A DNA stretch of 64,000 nucleotides from Owenia fusiformis (lineage: Eukaryota). Below are positions 24,210 to 38,576 of this stretch, piece by piece. The stretch spans positions 49,414,001-49,478,000 of the forward strand of contig CAIIXF020000001.1 in the NCBI GenBank assembly GCA_903813345.2, given 5' to 3'. The notes below the pieces were generated by a model. It was not told the DNA's origin. It did no database searches and saw nothing but the letters and a program-made list of their open reading frames with translations. Positions within the stretch are counted from its first letter, which is position 1; every line of letters begins with the position of its first letter. The position numbers and the translations under genes were made by a program.

Positions 24210-24545
24210 GTGCACAAAATAGCAATGTTGACCTATCAATCACTAAATATATCACCAAGTGGGCCTGCTATTGAAAGTACTTTCAAAATAAGCCCATGGG
24301 CTTTTATTATGAAAAATAAAAAATGTAGGTCTTTGAATTTTAGCAGACTGAACCATTTCACATGATTTGCAAGCCTAATTCATGAAATCTATATGCAAAG
24401 AATACATTGCAATCTATGGAACTAAAAAGAGGCAGTTGTTAACTTATCCTAGGATATATCAAGAGGATGAAAGTTAAAAAATGTTCTTTTACATTTATCT
24501 TAAAAGTTTTTGGAGGAGTTATGTTGAATTTGATTGCTAACTTAC

Positions 24546-24741
24546 TTTAAATGTGCCACATTCTTTTCATCCGTGACTAGATAGAACTTAACATGGTGTT
24601 TGGTATTGGCCTGCACACTGTTTATTGCACTTATCATCCCACCAATCCTAGAGGAATCACCTGTCAGGCATACAGGAACAACAAGCTCATCTGTCTTAGA
24701 TTTGCTGTTACTTGATAGAGAGGGGTCGACTTTGATAGCAT
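24546..24741 (-). CDS. GLT8D1: GLT8D1-like exon 3 (VPVCLTGDSSRIGGMISAINSVQANTKHHVKFYLVT)
   Basis: ttttag/gtaag boundaries; resembles the vertebrate GLT8D1 segment IPVVIAASEDRLGGAIAAINSI. Confidence 0.9.
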
Positions 24742-24805
24742 CTAAAAATAATTCAATTTATTTTTCAATTTTAATCATGTTCAAGAATTTCATGTTTCAT
24801 GTGTA

Positions 24806-26020
24806 AACTAGATGATGGCAACTCCGCGGAGTAGCAAATCCCAACGAACAAAATATCAAATACCGAATTCCAATCAATTATACTCATTACTTTGGTTAAA
24901 ATTGAACAATTTAGATTTTAGAATTGCGAATTCCTGCAAAGCAGCCATTTTGAATTTTCTGAGGTACAAATCTGAAAAATAATACCATAATTGTGATCTA
25001 CTCCAAAATTCCTTCAATTTGAGTATTATATAGCCATACGTTGAAGGGATCGAAAAATTATTGCGAAATCATACATTAGACGGCCATTTTGAATTTTACG
25101 TGGCTCGAATCAGAAAAACGATACAATATTTGCAATCTACTCTTAATTGCCTTTCATTTGAGTATAATAAAGCTATACTTCAGAAAGATCTAAAAATTAG
25201 CGAAGATTTCTGTTTTCCTGACCCCCCATACACAGCCCCTGGGGGTCAGGATGAAAAACACTGAATATATGTGGAATAGATAGATGTTGCGAATATACTA
25301 CCAAAATTTCAAACAATAATATTAATTACTTTGGTTTAGAATGAAAAATTTATGATTTTTGCGAAAAAGTCCCGCCATTTTTAAAGCGACGGCCATCTTG
25401 AAAAAATCCATTTTGAATTTTCTGAGGTACAAATCTGAAAAATATTACCATAATTGTGATCTACTCCAAAATTCCTTCAATTTGAGTATTATATAGCCAT
25501 ACTTCGAAGGGATCGAAAAATTGTTGCGAAATCGTACATTAGACGGCCATTTTGAATTTTACGAGGCTCAAATCAGAAAAAAGATACAATATTTGCAATC
25601 TACTCTTAATTGCCTTTCATTTGAGTATAATAAAGCTATACTTCAGAAAGATCTAAAAATTAGCGAAAATTTCTGTTTTCCTGACCCCCCATACACGGCC
25701 CCTGGGGGTCAGGATGAAAAACACAGAATATATGGGAAATAAATAGATGTTGCGAATATACTACCAAAATTTCAAACAATTATATTAATTACTTTGGTTT
25801 AGAATGAAAAATTTATGATTTTTGCGAAAAAGTCCCGTCATTTTTGAAGCGGCGGCGTAAAACTATTCATCAATATACATCTTTCTACCAAATATGAAGA
25901 AAATCCATCAACTAATATTTGAGTTATCCTCCGGACGGACAGACGGATGGACGGACGGACTGACGGACGGACGGAGGGCTTCACTATATCCCTACCGAAC
26001 TTCGTTCGTTGGGATAATAA
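24806..26020 (-). mobile_element. HINE-like element with ~460-bp internal duplication and (GACG)n
   Basis: aactag + hairpin gcaactccgcggagtagc + atcccaacgaac; other end gttcgttgggataataa. Confidence 0.75.
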
Positions 26021-27128
26021 GAGGCACATTAATGGAACAGCCAAATTAACATAATTTTTGACATGTCACAGAGCTAGTCAATTTTCTCACATTTCATATT
26101 AATTGAGATAACATATTGTTTCCAATTTTGCTATGTACATCTTTCAATGTTTCAGTGTTCATATTCTGCAGTTAGATTTTAACTCCATCAATTTGTTGGG
26201 TTGTGATAGGTCTTTTAATAACAGTAATAGCTTTTTCAAATTAATAAGTCCTCAAGCTTAGTCAATCAAAATCAATTTTGTACTTACTGTTTGAAGTATT
26301 AAGCAATGCTGTTAATTAGACTTACCAATCCTGACTTTCTGTATCATATTATAATATGGATGTAACCTGATATTTTAATGGAGTTGCTAGCAAGTTTAAA
26401 ACAGGCCTTTAAATTGTTAAGGCATTTTGAAAAAAATCTAGTCGAAAGATGGTATTATATTAAAGGCAGAATCAAATCTTTAGAGGGTGACGAAATTGAA
26501 AGCAACATGTACAATTAGCCTACCAATCCATTCTTTATGATCTAAATACAATATCTCCTAAAGATCTGTGACATGTTATAAATTGGTGGAATTATTAAGG
26601 ATTTAAAGTCCAAAAATGGGAGAAAGTGTTTATACATTATTGTAAAAATTGTTAGTTGTGTACCTGGAATAAAGTATGTACTTTGGGGATTTTAAAAAAA
26701 AGACATGACATTGAATGATATGAGCCAAAAATATTCTAAAATTGAAACAATTTTTTTTGTTTTCTTACTAGCTAGATAAGATTCTCTCTTTAACTTTGCA
26801 AAGTTGAATCCGAACACTAAAAGAAGGTCCTTAATAAAAATTTCTAAAAAGTACATGTATCTGCCAAAAACCTATTTCATTTGCTTCTCCCAATTGCATT
26901 TTCATGATTTTCAAACCTATTCATTTTCAATTGATTGACAACAAATAAACATCAGTTTCACAGCGTGAAATATTTTTAATCGAAAATAAGTTCAATGAAC
27001 CTTTTTAGTGAATAAGTCTAAAAATCACATTACTATACAAGATTTATACAGTTCTCAGTTACTCTAGTTACAGAGCTAAAAAGGTGCAATCTAGCTAGGC
27101 GAGGTATGTTTTCGTATTTTGTACTTAC

Positions 27129-27236
27129 TGTTTGACGTAGGTCTAACTCTTGATTTTGAACCAGTTTCCTCTGCACTTTGCTTCAAAAAGTAGATGGCAC
27201 TAGCTACCCAGAATGCACCAAACAGGAACAGGGCAA
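27129..27236 (-). CDS. GLT8D1: GLT8D1-like exon 2 (signal-anchor/TM: ALFLFGAFWVASAIYFLKQSAEETGSKSRVRPTSN)
   Basis: ttacag acceptor, gtaag donor, phase 1-1, hydrophobic TM segment. Confidence 0.8.
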
Positions 27237-29215
27237 CTGTAATAAATGTGTATGACTGTTAATTTACCATATAGCTCCTCGTCCCGGGAATCCAAAACCG
27301 CCCTTTTCAAAAGATTTGTCATAATATGTTGATTCTCAAATTGAATCATTCTATTGAAGGTGTTGTTTCTAAATCTTTGCATGACCACGCAGTGGAAATG
27401 CAAAGTTTAGGAAACAATGCCTGAGTGGAATAAAGCAGCCACAATGTCAAAATGCTTGGGCTAAGAATCTTTTCACACATAGAAAAATATTTTATTCAGT
27501 GCAGAGTCACCTAAAATCACTTAAGAACATATTTTCATTGAAACTTTTTTGCAAAAGTCAAGTTGGCAAAGCATCAATTTCAATCTGTGAGTCCAGTTAT
27601 CACCTAGACAACCATACAACAAATATGTAATTGGTTTTATAACTGAATGCAATAAAGTGAAATAGCATGTTCTGACTGGCTGGAATTGGACACACCTTGC
27701 CCAGCAATTAGTGAATATTGATATCAACTTGTAGATAAAACTTCTATTGCTCAATTGAACATTGTCATAGTCCACTATGTTTATAGGTCAACATACGAAA
27801 GTTTTTATCCCTACTTTTAATATAAGCAGGGAATTAAAAAGGGCTTATTAATATAAATCATGGTCTAACTCAAGTTACTCAACATACATTATGTCCTAAA
27901 GCAAATCAGGTAAAATTATAATTTTTTGTTTTTCAAGGTTTTCAAAATCTTGCTGCCTACCGTGTTTTCGAAGTAATTTCTCCATTGAACCTAGCTAGTA
28001 TATTATGTCAGTATCCTTACTAATGGTAAGTAATATTCCTAAAGTTTCTGCCGTTTAAAGTCTTCTGATATTCCAATCTTTAACCTTATATATCGACTCA
28101 ATACTGTAACATTTCTTAATGATACAGAATGAAATACTTAAATAAAACATTGACATTTATGATTTTACATATGATTTGACAGCATCATGCCTCTTTCTTT
28201 ATTCATGGAGTGTTTCTAAAGCATTTCATACTTTGACATGCAATGCATTAAAATATAAAACGAAGGGATAATGTCAAAATAATCAATACACAATCTCTAA
28301 ATTAGTTTTCTCTAAAATTCTAACTTCATTTTTGAGGCAACTTTCAGAATTTGGTTTTACAATTGTCACAAATTTTTTTCCCAACATTTCATTTGTTTAT
28401 TTTTCTACCCTTAAACAGAGGCTCAAGATCTTGTTTATCATGTGCAGTATTAGAGCTGAAAGTAACATATGTTGGATAATCCTTTGATGTTAAAGGTTAA
28501 AATAAAGTCAATTGCAGTTATGTAATAAAGGATTATTAACATTTCAGATAAAATATTGGTATATGACCTGGTTGTGATATACATCTGTGTGTTATGGGGC
28601 ACCACAAAAGTTTTCTACTTGAATCTATACAGAATGAACTTACTGTACTCCCTGTTAATTTCACGAGTTTTAATTTCACGAATTTTGAGAAAACACGATT
28701 TTGCGTATATTGAATTTTGTGGATTCCATAATTTAAAATCTCATTATTCTCTGAATCTTCAAGCTCTATAAATTAAGTAACCTCATGTATAGTAAGTACA
28801 CCTACCTAATGTCATATTTGGATTAGATTTACAACCAGAACAACGGCAACGCCAAAGCGTAGCGAATCCCATCGAACAGAAATGGCTGGCATTTTACAAA
28901 CAAAATATATAGCAAATATCGTAAAATAACACACATAAGAAAGGCCACCATTTTCAAAATGGTTGCTCACTAGCCAAGTTGTCATCAGAAGAAGTAATAT
29001 GCTTTTAAGTAGCTACATATAAAATCTTTAAAAAATCGCCCATGCATACATCGTCGCGTGAGAATAACTTTGTACTATCTGCCATTTTCAAAAAAATTGA
29101 GATAGACATGGAATTTTACTATTTGAAACACAGGCTGTCATCTCAGATACATGCCCCATCTCAATTCCCTCTCATTAAGCTAGAATTCAGTGTGAAATTG
29201 TACCATCTCCAGACA

Positions 29216-31954
29216 AACAGCTTATTTCTAATTTCAAATTGTCATATCTGATATCAACTGTTTCAACCAATCAACTGTCTAAGAATTGGTCATGTGACTT
29301 ACAAAACTTGGAGTTATAACAATCTTATATTAAAACGAAGTATGCCAATATGCATGTTATTGTATCTAGAATGAAATAATGTTTTGTAACACAATACAAT
29401 GCCAGTTGGCATGCCTGGCCTTTCATGTTTTAGTTTTAGAGCTATTACAAGTAGATCAAAAAAATAAAATGATACAGTATGTGTAATCACATGCATATTC
29501 AAATTATATGCCCTCAATTACTCTTTGTATTATGGATGCTCATTGGATTATTCATGGCCACATGATATGAAATAGAATTATTAATTTCCTCGAAAACCTA
29601 AATCCTCGCTACCAGGGAAGATGAAAAGTACAAATGACCAGTTAATTAGATCATGTGAGCAGTCAAAAGTACCCTTTATCTTCCCTGCTACCAGGTCTTA
29701 TAGGGGTTTGAATGGCCAAATGCAATAGAAATGCATATACGAAGCTGTCATCATTAAATGTTGAAAATGAAAGACTACTTATTTGTTTCTTCAAATAGAG
29801 TACATAATAATAGGTTATATACTAGATATAGTAATCAAAACAAATAGTAACTGTCATATTTTGCACTACAGAGTGTCTCAAAAAATGTTACACTTACAAA
29901 AAGTTCAATATCTTTCATAATTTTGACTTTTCCCATTAAATTACTTTGAATACCAACAGACAAATCTTTCTCAAATAATTTGACACTATCAGATTCAAAA
30001 TCTGTCCTTGATTGGTTCCACAGGACAGCTTTTAGTGTCCCAAAGTAAAATCTGACTTGCGCCAAGTTCTAAGTGATTGGGTGGACAATATGACAAAAGA
30101 GGAACAGTTTCTTTAACATTTAACTTTCTTCTGAGCAGAAGTTTGACCTTTGCGAGTCATTCTGTAATTTTCCTCTTTTTCTTACATATGGTCATTTGGT
30201 CTATCCACATAAACATGTGGTCCCCTCAACATGTTGAATGTGAAAGCAAATCTGAGGATTTAGTTTGTGATGCTGTAAAGCGCTTTCAGAGGCCCTTTGA
30301 AAAGCAAGGGTCTAAAGTGGGATGACCCTGGGTGCCAATCAATTGGGTAATTCAATGCTGCTTTCTGATTTCCAAAGAGTTCTACCAAACGATCTGCCAC
30401 AGGCCCTTGTACCATCATGTTGCCAGCAAATGTAACCAAATTGAACCTTTGACAATGACATGTTGCATTTCTATCCAGGAAAGAAACAACTGGATCATTG
30501 ATCATATCAAGATATCACTGTCCACAGCATTCACACCAAAAAAGAATTGATCAACATGTCCAACCACTGAGAAGTTGGCGCAAATCAGATTTCACATGCG
30601 TCTATAAAATCTGTCCTGTGCAGCCAATCATGGACGGATTTTAAATCTGATGGAGTGGATTTATTCTGGAAAGGCTGGTATTTTGGTATCTAAGTATATT
30701 GTAGGGATAAAGTCAAAATCATGAAAGATATTGAACTTTTTGTAAGTGTAACATTTTTTTTGAGACACACTGTACATTGCTCAAAGGCAATCACTGTCTG
30801 TATACTATTGAAATCTCTTTCAAAATGATGTTTTATAGTTTGTGGAATAAAGCTAAATCTATTTAAACTAGCTTTAACTTTTACTGACCATACACTATAT
30901 CAATAAGGAGTTATCCTTATGTTAGTATAGTCCCTTAAAACACTTATTTTATTTTCTCTTCACCTATGATTTGCTTTGCGCTTTTCACTGAACATCTGGG
31001 ATCTTTTTAGTTATTTTATTACTAGTATGTTTTTCAGATTTGTCCTTTCTTTTTTCATTTTTGGGATCATTGTTTTTAGATCATCTACATTTTATTTTGG
31101 AAAAGTAACAAATTGGTTCAATTTCTTTACAAAGAGCCACTCTTAGTCTCCACTTCTACAATTGCTTCAATTCCCAATTGTACTCCACAGAGTAGTAGCA
31201 AACAACAGAAAATGAATGTATAATGATAGCTGCATCCCAATGAACAAAATGTGATTACCTAAATCGAGGTTTCATCACTTTCATTAATCTAAAATGAATT
31301 ACAATTTATTTTTCTATTTTCAAATTTCTTCCATGTGCATGTAATAAAAATTGGTTATGTCTTAGGCCCTAGGGATCTGAAACCTGCTGGTCAAAATGGA
31401 ATTACGGACCAGTTGCAATGTTATTCTCCTATACCCAGTGAAAAAATCAACTGGTCTGTATCAAAAATAACCTGATAATGACCAGCGGACCGGCCCTTAG
31501 GGGCTACATTGTAATGTGCTGGGAGGTTTAGGCTACAGGGTTTATACCGAGGGAAATATGTGGGGGACCGTATTGGCATCATTTGTTTCAATGCATTGTA
31601 CTTCTGCCTTAGTTTCAAAGGCAATAAACTCTTTTTGAAGGGTGTCCTGAGATTCCTAAACTAAGAAATAATTGTACTTATTTGAGAAATTGATTTTAAA
31701 GTTTTATAAATTGAATTTTCTTTATTTTATCAAATAATATTCTTTGGTTTTTGAAGACCTTTTTACAAAGCAAAACATTATTTTTCATTCTAGATACAAT
31801 AACATGCATATTGGCATACTTTGTTTTAATATTTAATTTTATATATATAATTTTTGTTATAAGTTTTGCAAGTCACATGACCAATTCTTAGAGAGTTGAT
31901 TGGTTGAAACAGTTGATATCAGATATGACAATTTGAAATTAGAAATAAGCTGTT
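29216..31954. mobile_element. Long-TIR (~170 bp) DNA element
   Basis: 29216-29385 is the reverse complement of ~31770-31954. Confidence 0.75.
29869..30772 (-). mobile_element. Tc1/mariner-family element with decayed transposase remnant
   Basis: TA TSD; ~60-bp TIR CAG(A/T)GTGTCTCAAAAAA; minus-strand remnant ELFGNQKAALNYPIDWHPGS resembles the WPxxSPDL region. Confidence 0.8.
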
Positions 31955-33477
31955 ATTCCGGTGGGAAATTGTATCAACTCCATTTCCATAGTTTTAAAAA
32001 AGGATCTTGTAAATTGTTTCAAGGTATGATATTTCATATAAGATATCTCTAGGGTGAGACCAGGTGACATACAAAAAATCAAGTTTCACATAGCAATACT
32101 AAGTAAGATACAGACCTCTAAACTTTCAAACCTTGATTTCTCAGTTCCGTAAAAATGTGAGATAGTACAAAGTTATTCTCATGCGATGACATGTAAATGC
32201 TGGCCATTTCTTAAAATGGCCGCCTACTACCCAAAATGTCATAAGACAGTATGCAATCCTTACGAGTATTCACATATCAAATATGAACAAAATCGCTCTA
32301 TTACTTTTTGAATTATAATAAAAAATGTAAAATAACACACATAAAAATGGTGGCCATTTTTCAAAATGGCCCACTACTCCCCAAAGTTTTATTAGACAAT
32401 GTGCCAAGTATTCACATATCAAATATGAACAAAATCACTCCAATACTTTTGGAGTTATAGTAAAAAATGTAAAAATGACGGCCATTTTTTAAAAATCGCC
32501 ACCTACGCGAAGTGTCATGAGACAGTGTGCAAGGTTCATAAGTATTCACATATCAAATCTGAACAAAATCGCTCCACTTCTTTTCAAGTTATAGTAAAAA
32601 AACGTACAAAATGGTGGCCATTTTTCTACTACCCAAAGTGTCATTAGACAGTGTGCCATGCTTATAGTATTCACATATAAAATATGAACAAAATCGCTCT
32701 ACTACTTTTTGAGTTATAGTTAAAAATGTAAAATAACACACGTAAAATGGCCCCCTACTACCCAAAATGTCATTAGACATTCGGCCATGCTTAAAGTATT
32801 CACATACCAAATATGAACAAAATCGCTCAACTACTTTTTGACTTACAGTAAAAAATGTTAAATAACACACATAAAAATGGCGGCCATTTTGAAAAATGCC
32901 CGCCTACTACCAAAAATGTCATTAAACATTGTGTCATGCTTAAAGTATTCACATACCAAATATGAACAAAATCGCTCCACTATTTTTCAAGTTACAGCAA
33001 AAATCGTAAAAAGACGTGCAAAGGCAGCCATTTTTCAAGATGGCTGCCATGTATTTCTTCTGTATTTACATTTCTAGCTTAATCAATGTCCTATATAACT
33101 TTTTTACATTTAAAACATATTGCTATTACAGTTTTATATGCAGTACCTAAATAACTGTAAAATCGGCACTAAAATGGCCGCCATTTTTAAATGAGCGGCC
33201 ATTTTAAAAATCCGTTTTCGAGCAGAACTTCTTCCCCCATTGGGTATATGTGTACAAAATATGAACAAAATCGGGCCAACGGTATTTGAGTTATTGCCCG
33301 GACGGACGTACGGACGGACGTACGTACGGACGGACGGAGGCGTTCCCTATATCCCTCCAAACTTCGTTCGATGGGATAATTACTACTAGATCTTGGCCAA
33401 AGGCATGCTGCACCTTAACTTCTATTACATGGTCTTTTTTGGTTTGTTTCATCTATTTGACAGAAATCGTTGCTTAA

Positions 33478-34566
33478 GTATCACATTTACCACAAACCCA
33501 ACCAGCAACTGGAGAATTATACCTTAGTGGAACAACACCCAGTCAGACTCCCTCAGATCCAAGTGTTGTCATATTAACTGGTGAAACATCAACACCAGCT
33601 CTACCTGCTGGGGAGAACAAAGATTTACAAGCAGCAAACAGAGACCTTGAGGCACAGAACAAAAAACTCAGGTCAAAAGTTATAAAATTAGAGTCCAAGA
33701 TGGAAGACCTAGATTCTCAGTACAACCAAGAAATAAAGCTGAAATCTGCTAAAATGGTAGACCTAGAGAATAGGCTTAAGGTGTCTGATCAGCAAAGAAA
33801 AGACGAGGCAGAGGCATTCACCATACTCCATGCACAAGACACAAAAGACCTTGAACGCCAAATAAATGAGCTAAAAGCTGAATTATCAGATACCTCTAAA
33901 AAGTTGCATGGGGCCATTGTTGACAATAAAACGCTATACCACAAAGTGCGCTCATTGACAGAAAAGCTCCAAACAGACAATCATCCAATCAGCTGCAGCA
34001 TTCCGCAAAGCATCCAACCTGAGCCAGCCCATTCATTGCCAAGTACACCTCGTCCCACTAGAGGCCCCGCTGGATCTAGCAGACCCCCGACAAGACCCTT
34101 TAGTAGACCCCCTGCGGCTCACAAAGGTGCCAGCACATCTAAATCCTCCAAGCCAATCCCACCTCACAAGAAAGGCACAAGCAAAACAGTGCATATAATG
34201 TACTCAAGCAATGGTAAAGGTCTAGCAGGAGTCATGATGAGTAAGGATAAGGCTATTTCTGCAACCTCATCAGTTTATAGTGGTGGAAAAATAGAGACGG
34301 GCACGCACAGTTTAGAGAAAGGTGATATCAAGGAGTCCACTGATTTCAAGTTCATAGGACTAGGGACCAATAATATCCCAACTGATCATCCACAAGATAT
34401 GGTATACGAACTCAAGAATTTAATGCAAACTGCGAAGAATAAACATCCCAGATCAAAATTAGTCTTGTGTGGTATTCATCACCGTGGTGACAGTCATGAC
34501 AGTAGAACGAGGGACATTTGGAATTCAAAGATTGGAAACTTATTAATGCATTGCCAGGAAATGTAA
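33478..34566 (+). pseudogene. LINE ORF1 fragment: coiled coil plus SGNH esterase-like domain
   Basis: Frame is open from 33478; heptad-rich region, then GLGTNN and KLVLCGIHHRGD. Confidence 0.75.
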
Positions 34567-36639
34567 TTAAAGATATACCCGTTCCCCCTGAGGACCTATT
34601 AGCTTTTTTTCAAAATCTGGCAAAGCCCCCAAACTTAGATTATTTTGATAACGAGGCACTCCAAAAGATGAATGACTATATTCAAGACTACATTCCAATT
34701 AATTCTAATTCTAATGACCCTAATTTAAATCTCTGCCATGATATCATAGATAACAGAATTAGTCAAATTGAGGTTTATAATGCTTTTAAAAGAGTAAACT
34801 CTAATAAATCAGCCGGCATTGATGGCATCCCATCAAACATAATTCGTAATTGTGAGGCTCTTATTCCAGATTTCACGGCACTTTTTAATGCAATATTTGA
34901 CAGTGGAAATTATCCACAGGACTGGAGCATTGGTATGTTGAGTCCGCTTTTTAAACAAGGAAGTAGACTTAAAGCTGATAACTACAGAGGTATTAATGTA
35001 TTAGCTTGCATTGGTAATGTATTTGACTCCATTATTCAAAATCGACTTGTTTTTAACGCACAGGTACAGAATATTCAAGATCCTCTACAGGGTGCATATA
35101 AGGAAAATAGCCGTACAATTGATAACATATTTTTACTACAAACATTAATTAACAAATCTAAACTGCTTAAAAAAACTTTGTTTACATGTATGGTTGACTT
35201 CAAAAAGGCATCGTTCAGTTTTGCTATACAAACTCAGTAAAAGTGGCATAAGTCCTCATACCAAAATGTATAAAATCATTGACAATATGTATTCCAAATC
35301 TCAATCTTGTCTAAAGTTAAAGAATGGAGTAACAGATTATTTTAATACTGATATAGGGGTTTTGCAAGGGAGTGCGCTTAGTACTTTTTTATTCAATCAT
35401 TTCATCGATGATCTGACTTTACAATTACCAGCACACTGTGGTGTTATTTTAAACGGTAAAAGGTTAAATCATCTTCTATGGGCGGATGACCTCGTATTGA
35501 TCTCAGAATCCAGTGACGGATTGCAGCTATTGCTTGACACACTTTTTTCTTTTTGTAAGACTAACAGGTTAATTGTCAACACAATGAAAACTAAAGCACT
35601 TATCTTCAATTCTAAAAGATCATTCAAATTTGAATTTAATGACCAAACTATAGAATGTGTCAAAGAATACAAATATTTAGGTCTCATTCTCACCAATAAT
35701 AACAGATTTGATCTGAACACTAAGTACCTTAAAGAACAATCAAAAAAGGCACTTTTTAAGATAAAGCAACAATATAAGAAGTTTAATGATGTACCACCGG
35801 ATGTGGCTCTTCATCTGTTTAATGCGTTAGTTAGTCCTATTTTATGTTATGCATGTGAAATATGGTATGATAAAAAGCAAATGAAAGCAATTGAGTCAAT
35901 TCATTTGTCTTTTTTAAAGTCAACATTAGGTGTTAAATCACAAACTGCAAGCCCTGCTGTATATGGTGACCTAGGTAGATACCCATTATCAATCAAAATT
36001 GAATCTTACATTATAAAATACTGGCTAAGACTTCAAAATTTTCCAGAGGGTAATGTATTAAATCAAGCATACTTATATGATAGGGGTAATCAAGAGTTAG
36101 GGTTTAAAAGTTGGTCAAGCAAGGTTTATGATATACTCAGAAAATGTGATTTACTAGATTATTGGAATAATCAAAATCTGGATACTGAAAATCTGGTAAA
36201 TATGGTTGAAAAGAAATTAAAAATATTATTTGTAGAAAAATGGAAAAATGATTTGAACACTTATCCTATATTGAGAACGTACAAATTATTTAAAAATGAT
36301 TTTGGTAAAGAATTGTACTTGAAACTAGATAATAAAAAGTATAGATTGGCTACAAGTAGATTTAGAATGAGTTCTCATCAGTTAGCAATTGAGACTGGAA
36401 GACATACAAAGCCAAAACCAAAACCTTTAGAGGAAAGAATATGTAATATTTGTAAAGATGTAGAGGATGAATGTCATTTCTTTTTAGCTTGTACAAAAAA
36501 TGATGAGAATAGGCAAATATTATATACAAAAGCCCGTGAAAATTTATTTGTCAATCTTATTTCTAGTAAAAATGTAACCTTGCAAAGACATATTGGCAAA
36601 TTCATTTACCATTCATTTAAGAATTTAGCATGGTCATAA
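34518..36639 (+). pseudogene. LINE ORF2 RT and C-terminal Zn-binding domain, frameshift near 35210, no APE domain
   Basis: KSAGIDGI, NYRGI, VDFKKA, GVLQGSALS, LLWADD, YKYLG, LAIETGRH, ERICNIC..VEDECHF. Confidence 0.9.
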
Positions 36640-38576
36640 TGCATTGTGTGTGCACCACACTATTATTGTTATCTTATATATTTTTATATATTTTTTTGTA
36701 TTTTTAGTTTAGTTGGTGTTTTGTAGGTTAGATATGTAGTTTACCATAGTTCTGACTAATGTAATCATGTTATGATACTATATGTCAATAAAAGTTATAT
36801 ATATATATATTGCCCAATAACAAGTTGGACAAACGTTTTACAAAACATGAAATGCAATGGAGTCCCAGGTAATAAAACATTTCACAAATCCCCAGGGATT
36901 TAATTTACAATTTCGCAAAGATTAATTTTAACAAGCGAAAATTACTAGGAGTACAGTACAGTAATCCATTCTATTAGCTGCTAGACCATCCATCCACCCT
37001 TAACAAAACAGAATTTTCGAAAGTGTAAATTTTGGTTCTTTAAAATTAAAAGGACAATCGTAAAAGGTCTTGATGCAGTAAAAGTAAAACCTGAGGCAAA
37101 ACTCCACAGATGACTCTGTTGGAAAGGTAGAGAAGAAAAAATTCCAACTAAAAATTGTGGCGATGGTTGATTGAAATCAAGATTTATCAAGGCCTGTAGC
37201 CAGGGGGAGGTTCGAGGGCCCTCCTGGCCAAAAAATCTTTAAAAATCATGCAGTTTTTCACCATTCTGAGCATTTTTCAAGTGATTTTAGCCATTTTTGG
37301 GCCAAAGTTGTCAAAAGTGAACCCCCTGAATTTCACCAGTGAAAACATACAGATTTTATATCTTATTTTGGTTTATTATTTCTAACTTGTATAATTTTAC
37401 AAAAATATGACAAAATGCTTCAATCTTTTACTTCAAATATCTGACTTTTAGTGGTGATGATTGATAAAATAAGCAATCAAACGGCCAATTAGATGAATTA
37501 GTTTTATATGCAATAAACTATTGTCTCTTGTAATTTAGAAAGTTACAGCAAAATATTTTGCGTGTTGAGTATGAATTTATTGATCTATATTACAATATGC
37601 ACTGTGGTCTTTTGATTGCTGGTCTTTTGATTGCTGGCCTTTTACAACATGTCTAATAAAAATGTTAAGGCTATTAAATTCAAGGCTATCTCATATGTAA
37701 ATTAGCGAGAAGTGGCACCATTGAAGAATTTTGAAATATCCAACTCTATCATGAATTTTGTACAATACCTTGAAAATAAAAATGTCTAGTATCCTAAAGG
37801 TATGGAAATCTTTTGCATTAATTAGTGATTGGGATTAAAGAATCACAGATTATATGGAACCACTAGATGAGTTAGTACATTTTGATAGCACAATGGGAGC
37901 AAGCATTTCATAGTTTGTCACATATGTCATTGTTCGGAACTTGTGTTGGATTATGGTACTCACCCCTCATGTTGATTTTAAATTGGGAGAAAATGTGACT
38001 TACTGCATTTCCAATATGATAGATATCTTAAATCTAAATTAAGTGATTGTGTTGGAAACTGCCAAAGGTATTTTCTCGTAACCTCTTCTTTGGAAAGCCA
38101 CGTGACTATACATGCCTGTTTAGGTCCCCAGGAATTTAAAAATGGGCATAAGGTATGCAATTTTTTATTTGTCAATTAACGTACAATATACGACATATGA
38201 TTGGTCGCTTGTTTTATTGCCTGAGTGATTGACAGGGTATCGATGATTGTTTGTTTTGCAGGTTGGTTGGTTTTTTGGTAGATAGTTCGTTGCTTGGTTA
38301 TTTGCATGATTGGTTGGATGGCTTGTCCATTTAGTTGGAAGTCATGGTTGGGTGGTTGGTTGCTTGGATTTTTGGTGGCACATTTTAGGCCATAAAATGA
38401 AAATAATCAAATTCCTAACCCTGCTATGTTAGGTACCTGGTCACCCGGTTACCCGTTTTTTACACAAACCCTTCAGAGATTGCCTGGCTAGTCTGTTTTA
38501 AGCAGAAATTCTTCTGTATTTTGCCAATTATCTTCAATTTGAGGTGGATTTGATAGACTATACTCTAAAAACTCTG

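Larger units (their letters stand above)
29047..32195. mobile_element. TIR DNA element (~33-bp TIRs) nested in the HINE
   Basis: tgagaataactttgtactatct / agatagtacaaagttattctca. Confidence 0.6.
28833..33382 (-). mobile_element. HINE-like element split by a ~3.1-kb nested insertion
   Basis: Ends match the 51525-52267 copy; halves at 28833-29045 and 32196-33382. Confidence 0.75.
33383..36810 (+). mobile_element. Non-LTR retrotransposon (LINE, probably RTEX-like), 5'-truncated, endonuclease deleted
   Basis: ORF1 and RT fragments; 3' AATAAA followed by a (TA)n tail at ~36788-36810. Confidence 0.88.
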
